Shown in pieces: positions 19,549 to 27,501 of a stretch of DNA of 64,000 nt. The DNA comes from a bacterium (lineage in GTDB: Bacteria; Bacteroidota; Ignavibacteria; UBA10030): assembly GCA_043803945.1 (NCBI GenBank), contig JAZDJN010000016.1, positions 192,001 to 256,000 on the forward strand, read 5' to 3'. Numbering within the stretch: the first letter of the stretch is position 1; each line of letters begins with the position of its first letter. Below the pieces are notes generated by a model, which was not told the origin of the DNA, did no database searches, and saw nothing but the letters and a program-made list of their open reading frames with translations. The position numbers were made by a program, and so were the translations under genes.

Positions 19549-20357
19549 TATCGGCCTGCCGTTGATTGGTCGCGTGAAATCGTTTCAAGCGATAACATAT
19601 CATTGCTCGCTAAAACTTCCTTTGCCAACTCCATGTAATTTCTTGTTCCTGAACAGATTGCATCGTAGAGAAGGATCGGTTTGCCAAAACTCGGCGCTTC
19701 GCTCAGGCGAATATTCCGGGAAACCATTGTGGCGAAGACTTTATTCCCGAAATAACGTCGTACTTCCTCGACAATCTGGTTGGAAAGCCTCAACCGGGAG
19801 TCGAACATCGTTAACAGCACCCCTTCGATCTCGAGATTATGATTTAAATTTTTCTTGACCATACTGATTGTATTGAAGAGCTGACCCAATCCTTCAAGCG
19901 CAAAATATTCGCACTGGACAGGAATAAGGACAGAATCGGCTGCTGTGAGGGCATTCAGTGTTAACAATCCGAGCGAGGGAGGACAGTCGACAATAACAAA
20001 ATCGTACTCAGGCCGAATTTCATTCATCGCAACGGAAAGCCGGTGCTCGCGGTTTGCCAGTTCGACCAGTTCGATCTCCGCTCCTACCAGATTGATGTGG
20101 GAAGGAATGCAGGAGAGGAATGGCATTTGTGTCTCCACTACCGTCGAGCGGACATTGAAGCTGTTGACGATAACTTCATAGATGGTTCTGCCTTTGACAG
20201 CAACGACACCGATTCCACTGGTGGTATTTGCCTGTGGGTCAATATCAACGAGAAGTGTTCGTTTTTCCGCCACAGCAAGAGATGCCGCTAAGTTAATTGC
20301 AGTAGTGGTTTTCCCCACACCACCCTTTTGATTTGCGATAACGATTATTTTAGCCAC
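19548..20357 (-). CDS. parA: Chromosome partitioning ATPase ParA/Soj
   Basis: NQKGGVGKTT, DIDPQAN, DCPPSLG, PVQCEYFALEG, EAPSFGKP. Confidence 0.96.
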   Translation of the reverse strand: MAKIIVIANQKGGVGKTTTAINLAASLAVAEKRTLLVDIDPQANTTSGIGVVAVKGRTIYEVIVNSFNVRSTVVETQMPFLSCIPSHINLVGAEIELVELANREHRLSVAMNEIRPEYDFVIVDCPPSLGLLTLNALTAADSVLIPVQCEYFALEGLGQLFNTISMVKKNLNHNLEIEGVLLTMFDSRLRLSNQIVEEVRRYFGNKVFATMVSRNIRLSEAPSFGKPILLYDAICSGTRNYMELAKEVLASNDMLSLETISRDQSTAGR

Positions 20358-20408
20358 TGCAGGAATGGATCTCTTTTCTCATGGACTGTCTGTTGAATTT
20401 TCGATGAA

Positions 20409-20437
20409 AATATACCCATTTTTCCAGCGCGATGCAA
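20409..20437 (-). promoter_or_regulatory. sigma70-type promoter for parAB
   Basis: TTGCAT-N17-TATATT. Confidence 0.6.
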
Positions 20438-20463
20438 CCCAGCGGGAAAATCGATTAACGAGA

Positions 20464-21402
20464 TCAAGAGAGTATATCGGATTCGTAAATGGAATAACCG
20501 CGAAGGAATTCTTCAATACCGAGACGTTTCCTTCCCTCCTGCTGCACTTCCAAGATGGAAATTAATCCATCCATTGTTCGAACAAGGAGGAGGTTTTTCT
20601 GCACATCAACCACTGTTCCGGGCGGATAAATCATTTGCGGAGAACCGGCGGAATCGACTAGTTGCGTGCGATAAATCCTGAGCACTTTCTGCTTATGGAT
20701 CGTCCAGGCACAGGGATGTGGGGATAGTCCCCGAACAACATTGTGGATATGGCGTGAAGTAGAGTGCCACGGAATCCTACAGTCCTCCCGGAAAATCTTC
20801 GGTGCGGATGAGGCACCGCTCTCATCTTGTGCTCTCGGCTGCACGTTATCGTGTTCGATCATTTCAAGGGTCCGGTAAATAACCTCGGCACCAAGCAGCG
20901 ATAGTCGGTCATGTATGTCGCCCGCTGTCTCATCGGCACCAATCTGGATTTTTCTCTGGAGAATGATCGACCCAGTATCCACCTTCTCTTTCAGAAAAAA
21001 GGTGGTTACTCCCGTCTCTACCTCGCCATTGATAATAGCCCAGTTTATCGGCGCTGCACCACGATACTTCGGAAGAAGCGATGCGTGTAAATTGAATGAT
21101 CCTTTCGAAGGGATCGAATAGACCTCCTTCGGAAGAATGCGGAATGCAGCAACAATAAACAGATCTGCGTGAAGATTCTGGAGTTCCAGAATAAATTCTG
21201 GATCATTGAGGCGTACTGGCTGCAGGAGCAAGAGATGATGTTGAAGGGCAAACGATTTAACCGGACTCGCGGCTAGCTGTTGTCCGCGACCTTGAGGTTT
21301 ATCAGGAACAGTGACAACAGCAACGACCTCTCGGTGATGATCGAGAAGAATCTGCAGGGTCGGAAGGGCAAACTCCGGCGTGCCCATAAACACAATGCGC
21401 AT
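20464..21402 (-). CDS. fmt: Methionyl-tRNA formyltransferase
   Basis: MRIVFMGTPEFA, NLHASLLPKYRGAAPI. Confidence 0.97.
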   Translation of the reverse strand: MRIVFMGTPEFALPTLQILLDHHREVVAVVTVPDKPQGRGQQLAASPVKSFALQHHLLLLQPVRLNDPEFILELQNLHADLFIVAAFRILPKEVYSIPSKGSFNLHASLLPKYRGAAPINWAIINGEVETGVTTFFLKEKVDTGSIILQRKIQIGADETAGDIHDRLSLLGAEVIYRTLEMIEHDNVQPRAQDESGASSAPKIFREDCRIPWHSTSRHIHNVVRGLSPHPCAWTIHKQKVLRIYRTQLVDSAGSPQMIYPPGTVVDVQKNLLLVRTMDGLISILEVQQEGRKRLGIEEFLRGYSIYESDILS

Positions 21403-21411
21403 GGTGAAGAG

Positions 21412-22008
21412 TTATACCTCCACAGCACTCACAATGGGATATGCTGTTTCAACTTCTCCATTTTGGATTTGTTTGAGTTCTGAGCGGAGCAGAACCCGTT
21501 TCGTTCGGCTTATGTGATCGATGAAGAGGACGCCATCGAGGTGATCCATTTCATGAAGAATTACCCGAGCGAGCAATCCGCTGACGTTTATTTCGTGTTG
21601 TTGAAAATTCACATCACGATAAAGCAACCTGATGATTTCAGGGCGGGTCACTTCAGCCCGAATGTCCGGGATACTCAAGCAACCCTCTTCCATCGTCCAT
21701 TCCCCTTCTGCCGATTGTATCTCAGGATTGATCAGTACTAATGTCTTCTGTTCCTTGGGTGCGGGCGGAGGTGATTCTTCCTCTGTCTCCTCCTCTGCAC
21801 GTTCAGCTGCACCCTGATCGATAACAATGACACGCTTCAGTTCACCGACCTGCGGTGCAGCCAAGCCTATGCCATTTGCCTTACGCATCGTTTCGGTCAT
21901 GTCAAAAGCAAGTTTAATGATGGAATTATCGAGTGATTGTACCGGTTTCGCTTTTTTCCGGAGAATGCCGGTTCCAAGAAGATAAATAGGCAATATTGAC
22001 ATACTCAC
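21412..22008 (-). CDS. def: Peptide deformylase
   Basis: GIGLAAPQVG, EGCLSIP, HEMDHLDG. Confidence 0.97.
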   Translation of the reverse strand: MSMSILPIYLLGTGILRKKAKPVQSLDNSIIKLAFDMTETMRKANGIGLAAPQVGELKRVIVIDQGAAERAEEETEEESPPPAPKEQKTLVLINPEIQSAEGEWTMEEGCLSIPDIRAEVTRPEIIRLLYRDVNFQQHEINVSGLLARVILHEMDHLDGVLFIDHISRTKRVLLRSELKQIQNGEVETAYPIVSAVEV

Positions 22009-22103
22009 TGCAGAAATCCACTAAAGAATGAAAAAAGGATGATAGAACCATTTATAGGTGTAACGAGATTTTTTCGATCTCCGTTCCCACCTTCCGACGT
22101 CAA

Positions 22104-22132
22104 AATATACCGACCATTCCATTCGGAATCAA
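22104..22132 (-). promoter_or_regulatory. sigma70-type promoter for def-fmt
   Basis: TTGATT-N17-TATATT. Confidence 0.6.
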
Positions 22133-22133
22133 T

Positions 22134-22829
22134 CTATTCAATAATTCGCCGGGAACCTTCGTATCGCTGCTTGTAATAATAGCTTTGAAGGGAAGAAATG
22201 GTGACACCCAGGGAAACGCTTGCGTGAGCAAAGAGATCATCGCCCAAATAGATCCCTACGTGCGATGCGGAGGAACCGGTTGTATTGAAGAATACCAGAT
22301 CGCCAAATTTGAGGTCGGTGTATTCCACAGGCTCACCGATATTATATTGTCCACTACTTAACCGTGGCAGTTGCTTGTTGATCGCATTCTTGAAAATCAC
22401 CATCGTATAAGCAGAACAATCGATGCCATTGAGATCTTCACCGCCTAATTGGTACGGTGTACCCATATACTTGGAGATCTCACGCATCATTTTACTTTGA
22501 TCGAGATTCGACAACGCACTATTTTTTTCGTTACGAAAATTTCGCTCACCCAGGTTTACAGCTTCAGTTTTTTCTCCTTCGCTCTCTCCTGTTCGTTGCT
22601 TTTGTTCTGGTTTTTCCAGCTCTTTAGGAGAAGACGTTGCAGGTGTTGTCTGGGTGGCATGATCTCGTGTAAATCGAGGAACAACCGGGAGACATCCGGT
22701 CTCAAAGAGGGAAAGAGCGATAAGCCAGACCGAGACAAAGTTCCGTAACGATTTTGCGGGGTAAGCTTTTTCTGAACAAAAGCCCCGACACAGGCCGAGG
22801 CTTTTTTCTGATTTCTGTTTGTGGTACAT
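22134..22829 (-). CDS. NlpC/P60 (C40) peptidoglycan peptidase, probable lipoprotein
   Basis: GTPY.LGG..GIDCSAY, GDLVFF, HVGIYLG..FAHAS; hydrophobic stretch ending in ETGC. Confidence 0.9.
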   Translation of the reverse strand: MYHKQKSEKSLGLCRGFCSEKAYPAKSLRNFVSVWLIALSLFETGCLPVVPRFTRDHATQTTPATSSPKELEKPEQKQRTGESEGEKTEAVNLGERNFRNEKNSALSNLDQSKMMREISKYMGTPYQLGGEDLNGIDCSAYTMVIFKNAINKQLPRLSSGQYNIGEPVEYTDLKFGDLVFFNTTGSSASHVGIYLGDDLFAHASVSLGVTISSLQSYYYKQRYEGSRRIIE

Positions 22830-22830
22830 A

Positions 22831-23688
22831 TTATCCTAAGTATGCACGTAGCGCTTTGCTTCGTGATGCATGTCGTAATCGTCGAATGGCTTTCTCTTTG
22901 ATCTGGCGTACCCGTTCTCGGGTTAAGTTGAATTTTTCGCCGATCTCTTCAAGGGTGAGTGAATGTTCCTGATCAAGACCGAAATAAAGGCGAATGACCT
23001 GAGCTTCACGCTCGCTGAGTGTATTGAGTGCACGCCGGACTTCAATCTTTAGTGACTCTTCCATTAATTGATTGTCAGGAGCAGGTTGCCGGTGATCCTG
23101 AATCACATCGAGCAATCGATTATCCTCACCCTGAGCAAAGGGTGCATCCATCGAAAGATGCCGTCCTGAGATTTTTAACGTATCCGAAACCTCAAAGAGC
23201 GACATATCGAGCTCTTCTGCAAGCTCGCTCGCACTCGGTTCACGTTCAAATTCCTGCTCGAGCGTACTGAAGGCTTTTCCGATCTTGTTCAGTGCACCGA
23301 CGCGATTCAGGGGAAGTCGGACAATACGCGATTGTTCCGCCAACGCCTGCAATATAGATTGCCGAATCCACCAGACAGCGTAAGAAATAAATTTAAAACC
23401 CCGGGTTTCATCGAACCGTTTAGCCGCCTTAATCAATCCGAGGTTGCCTTCATTAATGAGATCGCCTAGCGACAATCCCTGATTCTGGTATTGCTTTGCA
23501 ACGCTGACGACAAATCGGAGATTCGCTTTCGTCAGCTTTTCCAGCGCCTTCTGATCGCCTTTCTTGATTCTGCGGGCTAATTCAATTTCTTCCTGAGGAA
23601 TCAGTAAATCAACCTTCCCGATCTCTTGCAGATATTTATCTAACGATTGACTCTCACGATTTGTATATTGTTTGCTTATTTTCACCAT
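22831..23688 (-). CDS. rpoD: RNA polymerase sigma70 factor, RpoD/SigA family (short FCB-type, no region 1.1)
   Basis: [53 protein letters not shown]; 285 aa. Confidence 0.85.
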   Translation of the reverse strand: MVKISKQYTNRESQSLDKYLQEIGKVDLLIPQEEIELARRIKKGDQKALEKLTKANLRFVVSVAKQYQNQGLSLGDLINEGNLGLIKAAKRFDETRGFKFISYAVWWIRQSILQALAEQSRIVRLPLNRVGALNKIGKAFSTLEQEFEREPSASELAEELDMSLFEVSDTLKISGRHLSMDAPFAQGEDNRLLDVIQDHRQPAPDNQLMEESLKIEVRRALNTLSEREAQVIRLYFGLDQEHSLTLEEIGEKFNLTRERVRQIKEKAIRRLRHASRSKALRAYLG

Positions 23689-23808
23689 TCACACTCTACA
23701 CTAGTTAAACTTTCGTCTACTCGTACTTAACGTATTCTCGTCTGGAGAAGTTCTTCATTCTTGATAAATTCCCTCCCGTGTATGAAAAGGAAGATCTCGA
23801 TATTTACA

Positions 23809-24993
23809 TTAGACTATCAGATTCAGGAAACTGTTCCCTGCAATTCTGTCCCCCATCTTGAGTTGAAAATATTCCGCAACAGTTTTTCCCGAGTCGGCAA
23901 AACTTGAGCGAATGCCGAGATTCACATTAGAACGGCCTGTTTTGCAATAACTGAGAACCGGAACGTACTCACGAGTATGGTCAGTACTCGAATCGGTTGG
24001 ATCATTACCATGATCTGCGGTAATAATCAGCAGGTCAGTTTCCCCTAATTCATCGATGATACCTGGAAGAGCTCTATCAAACTCTTGCAGGGCTCCGGCT
24101 AATCCTTTAGGGTCCTGCCGATGGCCGTAGTGAGTATCAAAATCCACCAAATTTGCCATAATAAAACCTTCAGAAATCCGACGAAGGGCTTCATGAATGG
24201 CTGCGATCCCCTCATTATTGGATTTCGTGTGTATTGTCTCCCGTAGTCCCCTACCACAGAAAAGATCATCAATTTTTCCAATTCCTATCGTCGGAATTTC
24301 CTGCTCGAAGAGCAGATCGATCACAGTCTCTGATGGTGGAGGTAAGGCGTAATCTCTTCTATTGGACGTTCTGATGTAGTTGTCGCTTGTACCGATGAAC
24401 GGACGGGCGATAACTCTCCCAACTTCATATTCAACAACCAGAACCTCATGCCTTGTCATACGGCAGATCTCATAAAGAGATTCCAATGGGATAATATGCT
24501 CATGGGCAGCAATCTGGAAAACCGAATCTCCCGATGTATACACAATGGGAAATCCCGTTCTAACGTGCTCATCACCAAGTTCTTTGATGATTTCAGTTCC
24601 GGACGCAGCTCTATTGCCGAGATACCCTGAGCATTTGGTTACCGCGAGAAAACGATTTATCAAGTCTGCAGGAAAACCCTTTGGAAACAATGGGAATGGA
24701 TTTTTAGAAATAATCCCTGCAAGTTCCCAATGACCGGTGGTGCTATCTTTGCCGGCAGATAATTCTGCCATCGTTCCAAAGGCCCCTTTCGCATTGAAGA
24801 CCGGCGGGGTATCGATGATCTCCGTGAGATTTCCAATTCCCAAGCTCCCGAGATTGGGAAGATGCAGCCCATCAAGGACTGAAGCAGTTTTTCCTAAGGT
24901 GTTTGTTCCCTGATCACCGTACGCTTCAGCATCGGGAAGTGCACCAACGCCGATACCATCAAGTATGATGAAGAGTAATTTGCCTGAGGTCAA
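23809..24993 (-). CDS. deoB: Phosphopentomutase
   Basis: LDGIGVGALPDA, GKDSTTGHWE, GRVIARPF, NLVDFD..YGHRQD, TADHGNDPT..STDHTREYVP. Confidence 0.95.
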   Translation of the reverse strand: MTSGKLLFIILDGIGVGALPDAEAYGDQGTNTLGKTASVLDGLHLPNLGSLGIGNLTEIIDTPPVFNAKGAFGTMAELSAGKDSTTGHWELAGIISKNPFPLFPKGFPADLINRFLAVTKCSGYLGNRAASGTEIIKELGDEHVRTGFPIVYTSGDSVFQIAAHEHIIPLESLYEICRMTRHEVLVVEYEVGRVIARPFIGTSDNYIRTSNRRDYALPPPSETVIDLLFEQEIPTIGIGKIDDLFCGRGLRETIHTKSNNEGIAAIHEALRRISEGFIMANLVDFDTHYGHRQDPKGLAGALQEFDRALPGIIDELGETDLLIITADHGNDPTDSSTDHTREYVPVLSYCKTGRSNVNLGIRSSFADSGKTVAEYFQLKMGDRIAGNSFLNLIV

Positions 24994-25100
24994 CGTATCC
25001 TCTTTTGTTACTGTTCCAAAGAACGAACCCTAGATCCAATCTCACTGATACATTGAAGAGGCAATTCTCTCTGTTGAAGGAATGGGAGAATCACGCCCTC

Positions 25101-25295
25101 CTATCCATAGATTTGCTTCTCATTGCACTTGCAAATCTGGATTCGTTGCCGATTGAAGCGATAGGATCCGTGTGCCGATCGTACTGATTCCACAAAAAGT
25201 GTCGGGACTCGGATAGATCCACATTTCGGGCACTTGGTACCGCGTTCTGCTAATGCCTTTTTTGCTTTTTCAGCAAAATCAGTTTTTTTTGCCAT
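25101..25295 (-). CDS. Small basic Cys4 protein, possible zinc-binding bL38/DUF4295-like ribosomal protein
   Basis: Strong RBS (GGAGGAGTAAATG); MAKK start; CPKC...CKC; K/R-rich; VESVRS.HGSYRF segment. Confidence 0.6.
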   Translation of the reverse strand: MAKKTDFAEKAKKALAERGTKCPKCGSIRVPTLFVESVRSAHGSYRFNRQRIQICKCNEKQIYG

Positions 25296-25337
25296 TTACT
25301 CCTCCAATAATCCTATTCAATTGTTAATCTTTGCTAT

Positions 25338-27251
25338 TCAATAATACCGAACAACATTGCCACCGGCTTCGATTGCTTTTCGAAGAACAAGGCTGGCGTT
25401 TTCAAGCAACTCGATATCCGATGAATTCGAAGCGGCGCCGCAAATGCCAATGCTCACCGTTACCGAGAAACTTCGAAGTTCAATATTAATAACATTGCTG
25501 GCAATATTCTTTCTGAGTTTTTCTGCCCAGATCTGTGCATCTTTCGCAGTTGTATTAATCAGCATTACACCGAATCGATTGTAATCGAACCGCCCCACGA
25601 GATCATACTGTCGGATTGAGGCACTAATCATCCGACCAACATTTTGCAAGACAAATTCGAAGCCATCTTTGCCGTATCGATTGAGATGTTCATTGATGGA
25701 ATCCACGGCAATCATGACCATCGAAAGATCCTGGTTATAGTCAGCAGCGCGGACGACCTCTTCTTGAACGCGAGTCATAAAATATTTACGGGCTGCGACT
25801 CCTGTCGTCTCATCCATCAATACATAGTTGTTCACCATATCGGTAAGATTAAATATTTCGAGAGCATAGGAAGCGGTCTCGACCAGCTTTTGCAGCAGTT
25901 TAACATCTGCCTCAGAATATGTTTTCGTATCTTTGCTTTCAACAACGAGTGCTCCATAACAGCGGCTGACGGAAGCGATAGGCAGAATCGCCAATGATCC
26001 ATCGGACTCTATCCGTTCTGCCCGGTAATATCGAGGCAAAGTCAGCGCACTTGCCTGATCAATAATTTTGGGTACCCCCGATTGAATAACGCTGCCAACA
26101 GAACTATTCACGGGGTCAATCTCCTGGGAGAGAGGAACGTAGGGATCATTCATCCGGTTCATCACGCATTGAATAATCCAGGCTTTCCTGTTCTCATCAT
26201 AGAGTACCACTGTAATATAATCCCAGGTAACAAGGCGTGACACCTCCTCTGCCAGCGTCCGCACGACATTGTGAAGAGTAAAATCGAGGTGCATCTGCTC
26301 GCGAACGCGTGTAATTGAACGCAGCAACTCAGAATCAAGGAGTAAATCATACTTATCCGTATAGCTTCTGATCAACGCCGAGATGAGCTTTGCGATCTTT
26401 CCTAACGAGGATAGTGTTTCGGGACCATAGGCATCTTCATCAATGCAATCAATCGATAAAACTGCTACCGGTTCCAGAGGTGTCGAAGTGCCTTTCACGT
26501 AGAAAATCGGTATTGCCACAAAGGTCATTACCGGTTCTACACCATCGTAGTAGCCGAGAATATCTCCCTGCCCGCTCGTATTAAGGCTTGTAATGAGCTT
26601 TGGTCTACCGGCAAGCGCTACCTGGCTGATCATATCAGAACCTAGTTCGCGCCTTCGATGGGTCATGAATCGTTCGCTATCCGACACAAAGCTTTCGAGG
26701 ACAATTTGGTTCTTTTCGCGATTGACCCAGAAGAATGCAACTGTATGGGCGAAATGTACCTCCTTGATAACCAGAAGTACCTTCTTCAGAAGGAATCCAA
26801 ATTCTGATTTGGGCCCGCCTTCTCGGACATACACCTCCTCATTAATATCAAAGAAGTCGGAAAGATTGAATTCATATTCTTTGATCGATGGAGACACAGT
26901 ATTTTCTTTCTCTGTAGATTCGGATTTATGATTTTGGACACCATCAACAACTTCAACTTTATATTCGCTGTTTTGTTGAAAATCGTCGAAGATGAGTTTC
27001 TTCATTCCCTGGTTTTGTTCCCCTGTCGTTCTTTGAGATGTATCTTCTTCTTGCTCACTCACTACTCGTGGTTTTACTATCCACAGAAAAACGATATAGG
27101 CTAAACAGACTAAGCTTGCAATAAATAGCAGCAATCGTGGAAGGGCCGGAGTAATGAGCAAACCCGCAATAAACAAAATGACACCCGTCAACGCAATCGA
27201 TTCTCGTTTTCGGAGAAATCTCTGAATCCAAGAATAGGTTGTGCTAAGCAT
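25338..27251 (-). CDS. Membrane-anchored GAF-GAF protein with degenerate GGDEF domain
   Basis: Two N-terminal TM helices, two GAF-like repeats, GGDEF fold (DETTG..., RQYDLVGRFDYNRF, VTVSIG, A.EAGGN). Confidence 0.85.
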   Translation of the reverse strand: MLSTTYSWIQRFLRKRESIALTGVILFIAGLLITPALPRLLLFIASLVCLAYIVFLWIVKPRVVSEQEEDTSQRTTGEQNQGMKKLIFDDFQQNSEYKVEVVDGVQNHKSESTEKENTVSPSIKEYEFNLSDFFDINEEVYVREGGPKSEFGFLLKKVLLVIKEVHFAHTVAFFWVNREKNQIVLESFVSDSERFMTHRRRELGSDMISQVALAGRPKLITSLNTSGQGDILGYYDGVEPVMTFVAIPIFYVKGTSTPLEPVAVLSIDCIDEDAYGPETLSSLGKIAKLISALIRSYTDKYDLLLDSELLRSITRVREQMHLDFTLHNVVRTLAEEVSRLVTWDYITVVLYDENRKAWIIQCVMNRMNDPYVPLSQEIDPVNSSVGSVIQSGVPKIIDQASALTLPRYYRAERIESDGSLAILPIASVSRCYGALVVESKDTKTYSEADVKLLQKLVETASYALEIFNLTDMVNNYVLMDETTGVAARKYFMTRVQEEVVRAADYNQDLSMVMIAVDSINEHLNRYGKDGFEFVLQNVGRMISASIRQYDLVGRFDYNRFGVMLINTTAKDAQIWAEKLRKNIASNVINIELRSFSVTVSIGICGAASNSSDIELLENASLVLRKAIEAGGNVVRYY

Positions 27252-27304
27252 TCGGGCGTCAGTCTTGGGTGTTTTTATATATATTCTGCCCTTAAGTTGA
27301 TGAA

Positions 27305-27333
27305 AATTTAGCTAGATATCGAAAAAAAGTCAA
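27305..27333 (-). promoter_or_regulatory. sigma70-type promoter for the GAF-GGDEF operon
   Basis: TTGACT-N17-TAAATT. Confidence 0.6.
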
Positions 27334-27430
27334 GGTTTATTTGAAGAAACCACTTGAAGTTCCCCATCATCCATAGCATCCAATATTTTCACTTCGCTCG
27401 CAACCATCGGGGCCAGTGAAAAGTTATTTC

Positions 27431-27459
27431 TTGCGATGGAGGTTTTTTTTTCATACTTT
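27431..27459 (+). promoter_or_regulatory. sigma70-type promoter for the mannose-1-P guanylyltransferase operon
   Basis: TTGCGA-N17-TACTTT. Confidence 0.55.
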
Positions 27460-27501
27460 TTCATCAAAGTACATTGTTGAACAAAGACTTGTTGCCGATC
27501 T

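Noticed and set aside
19566-19581. Possible parS site at the 3' end of parA (TTGGTCGCGTGAAATC)
   Set aside because: Only about 10/16 match to TGTTTCACGTGAAACA and one half-site is broken.
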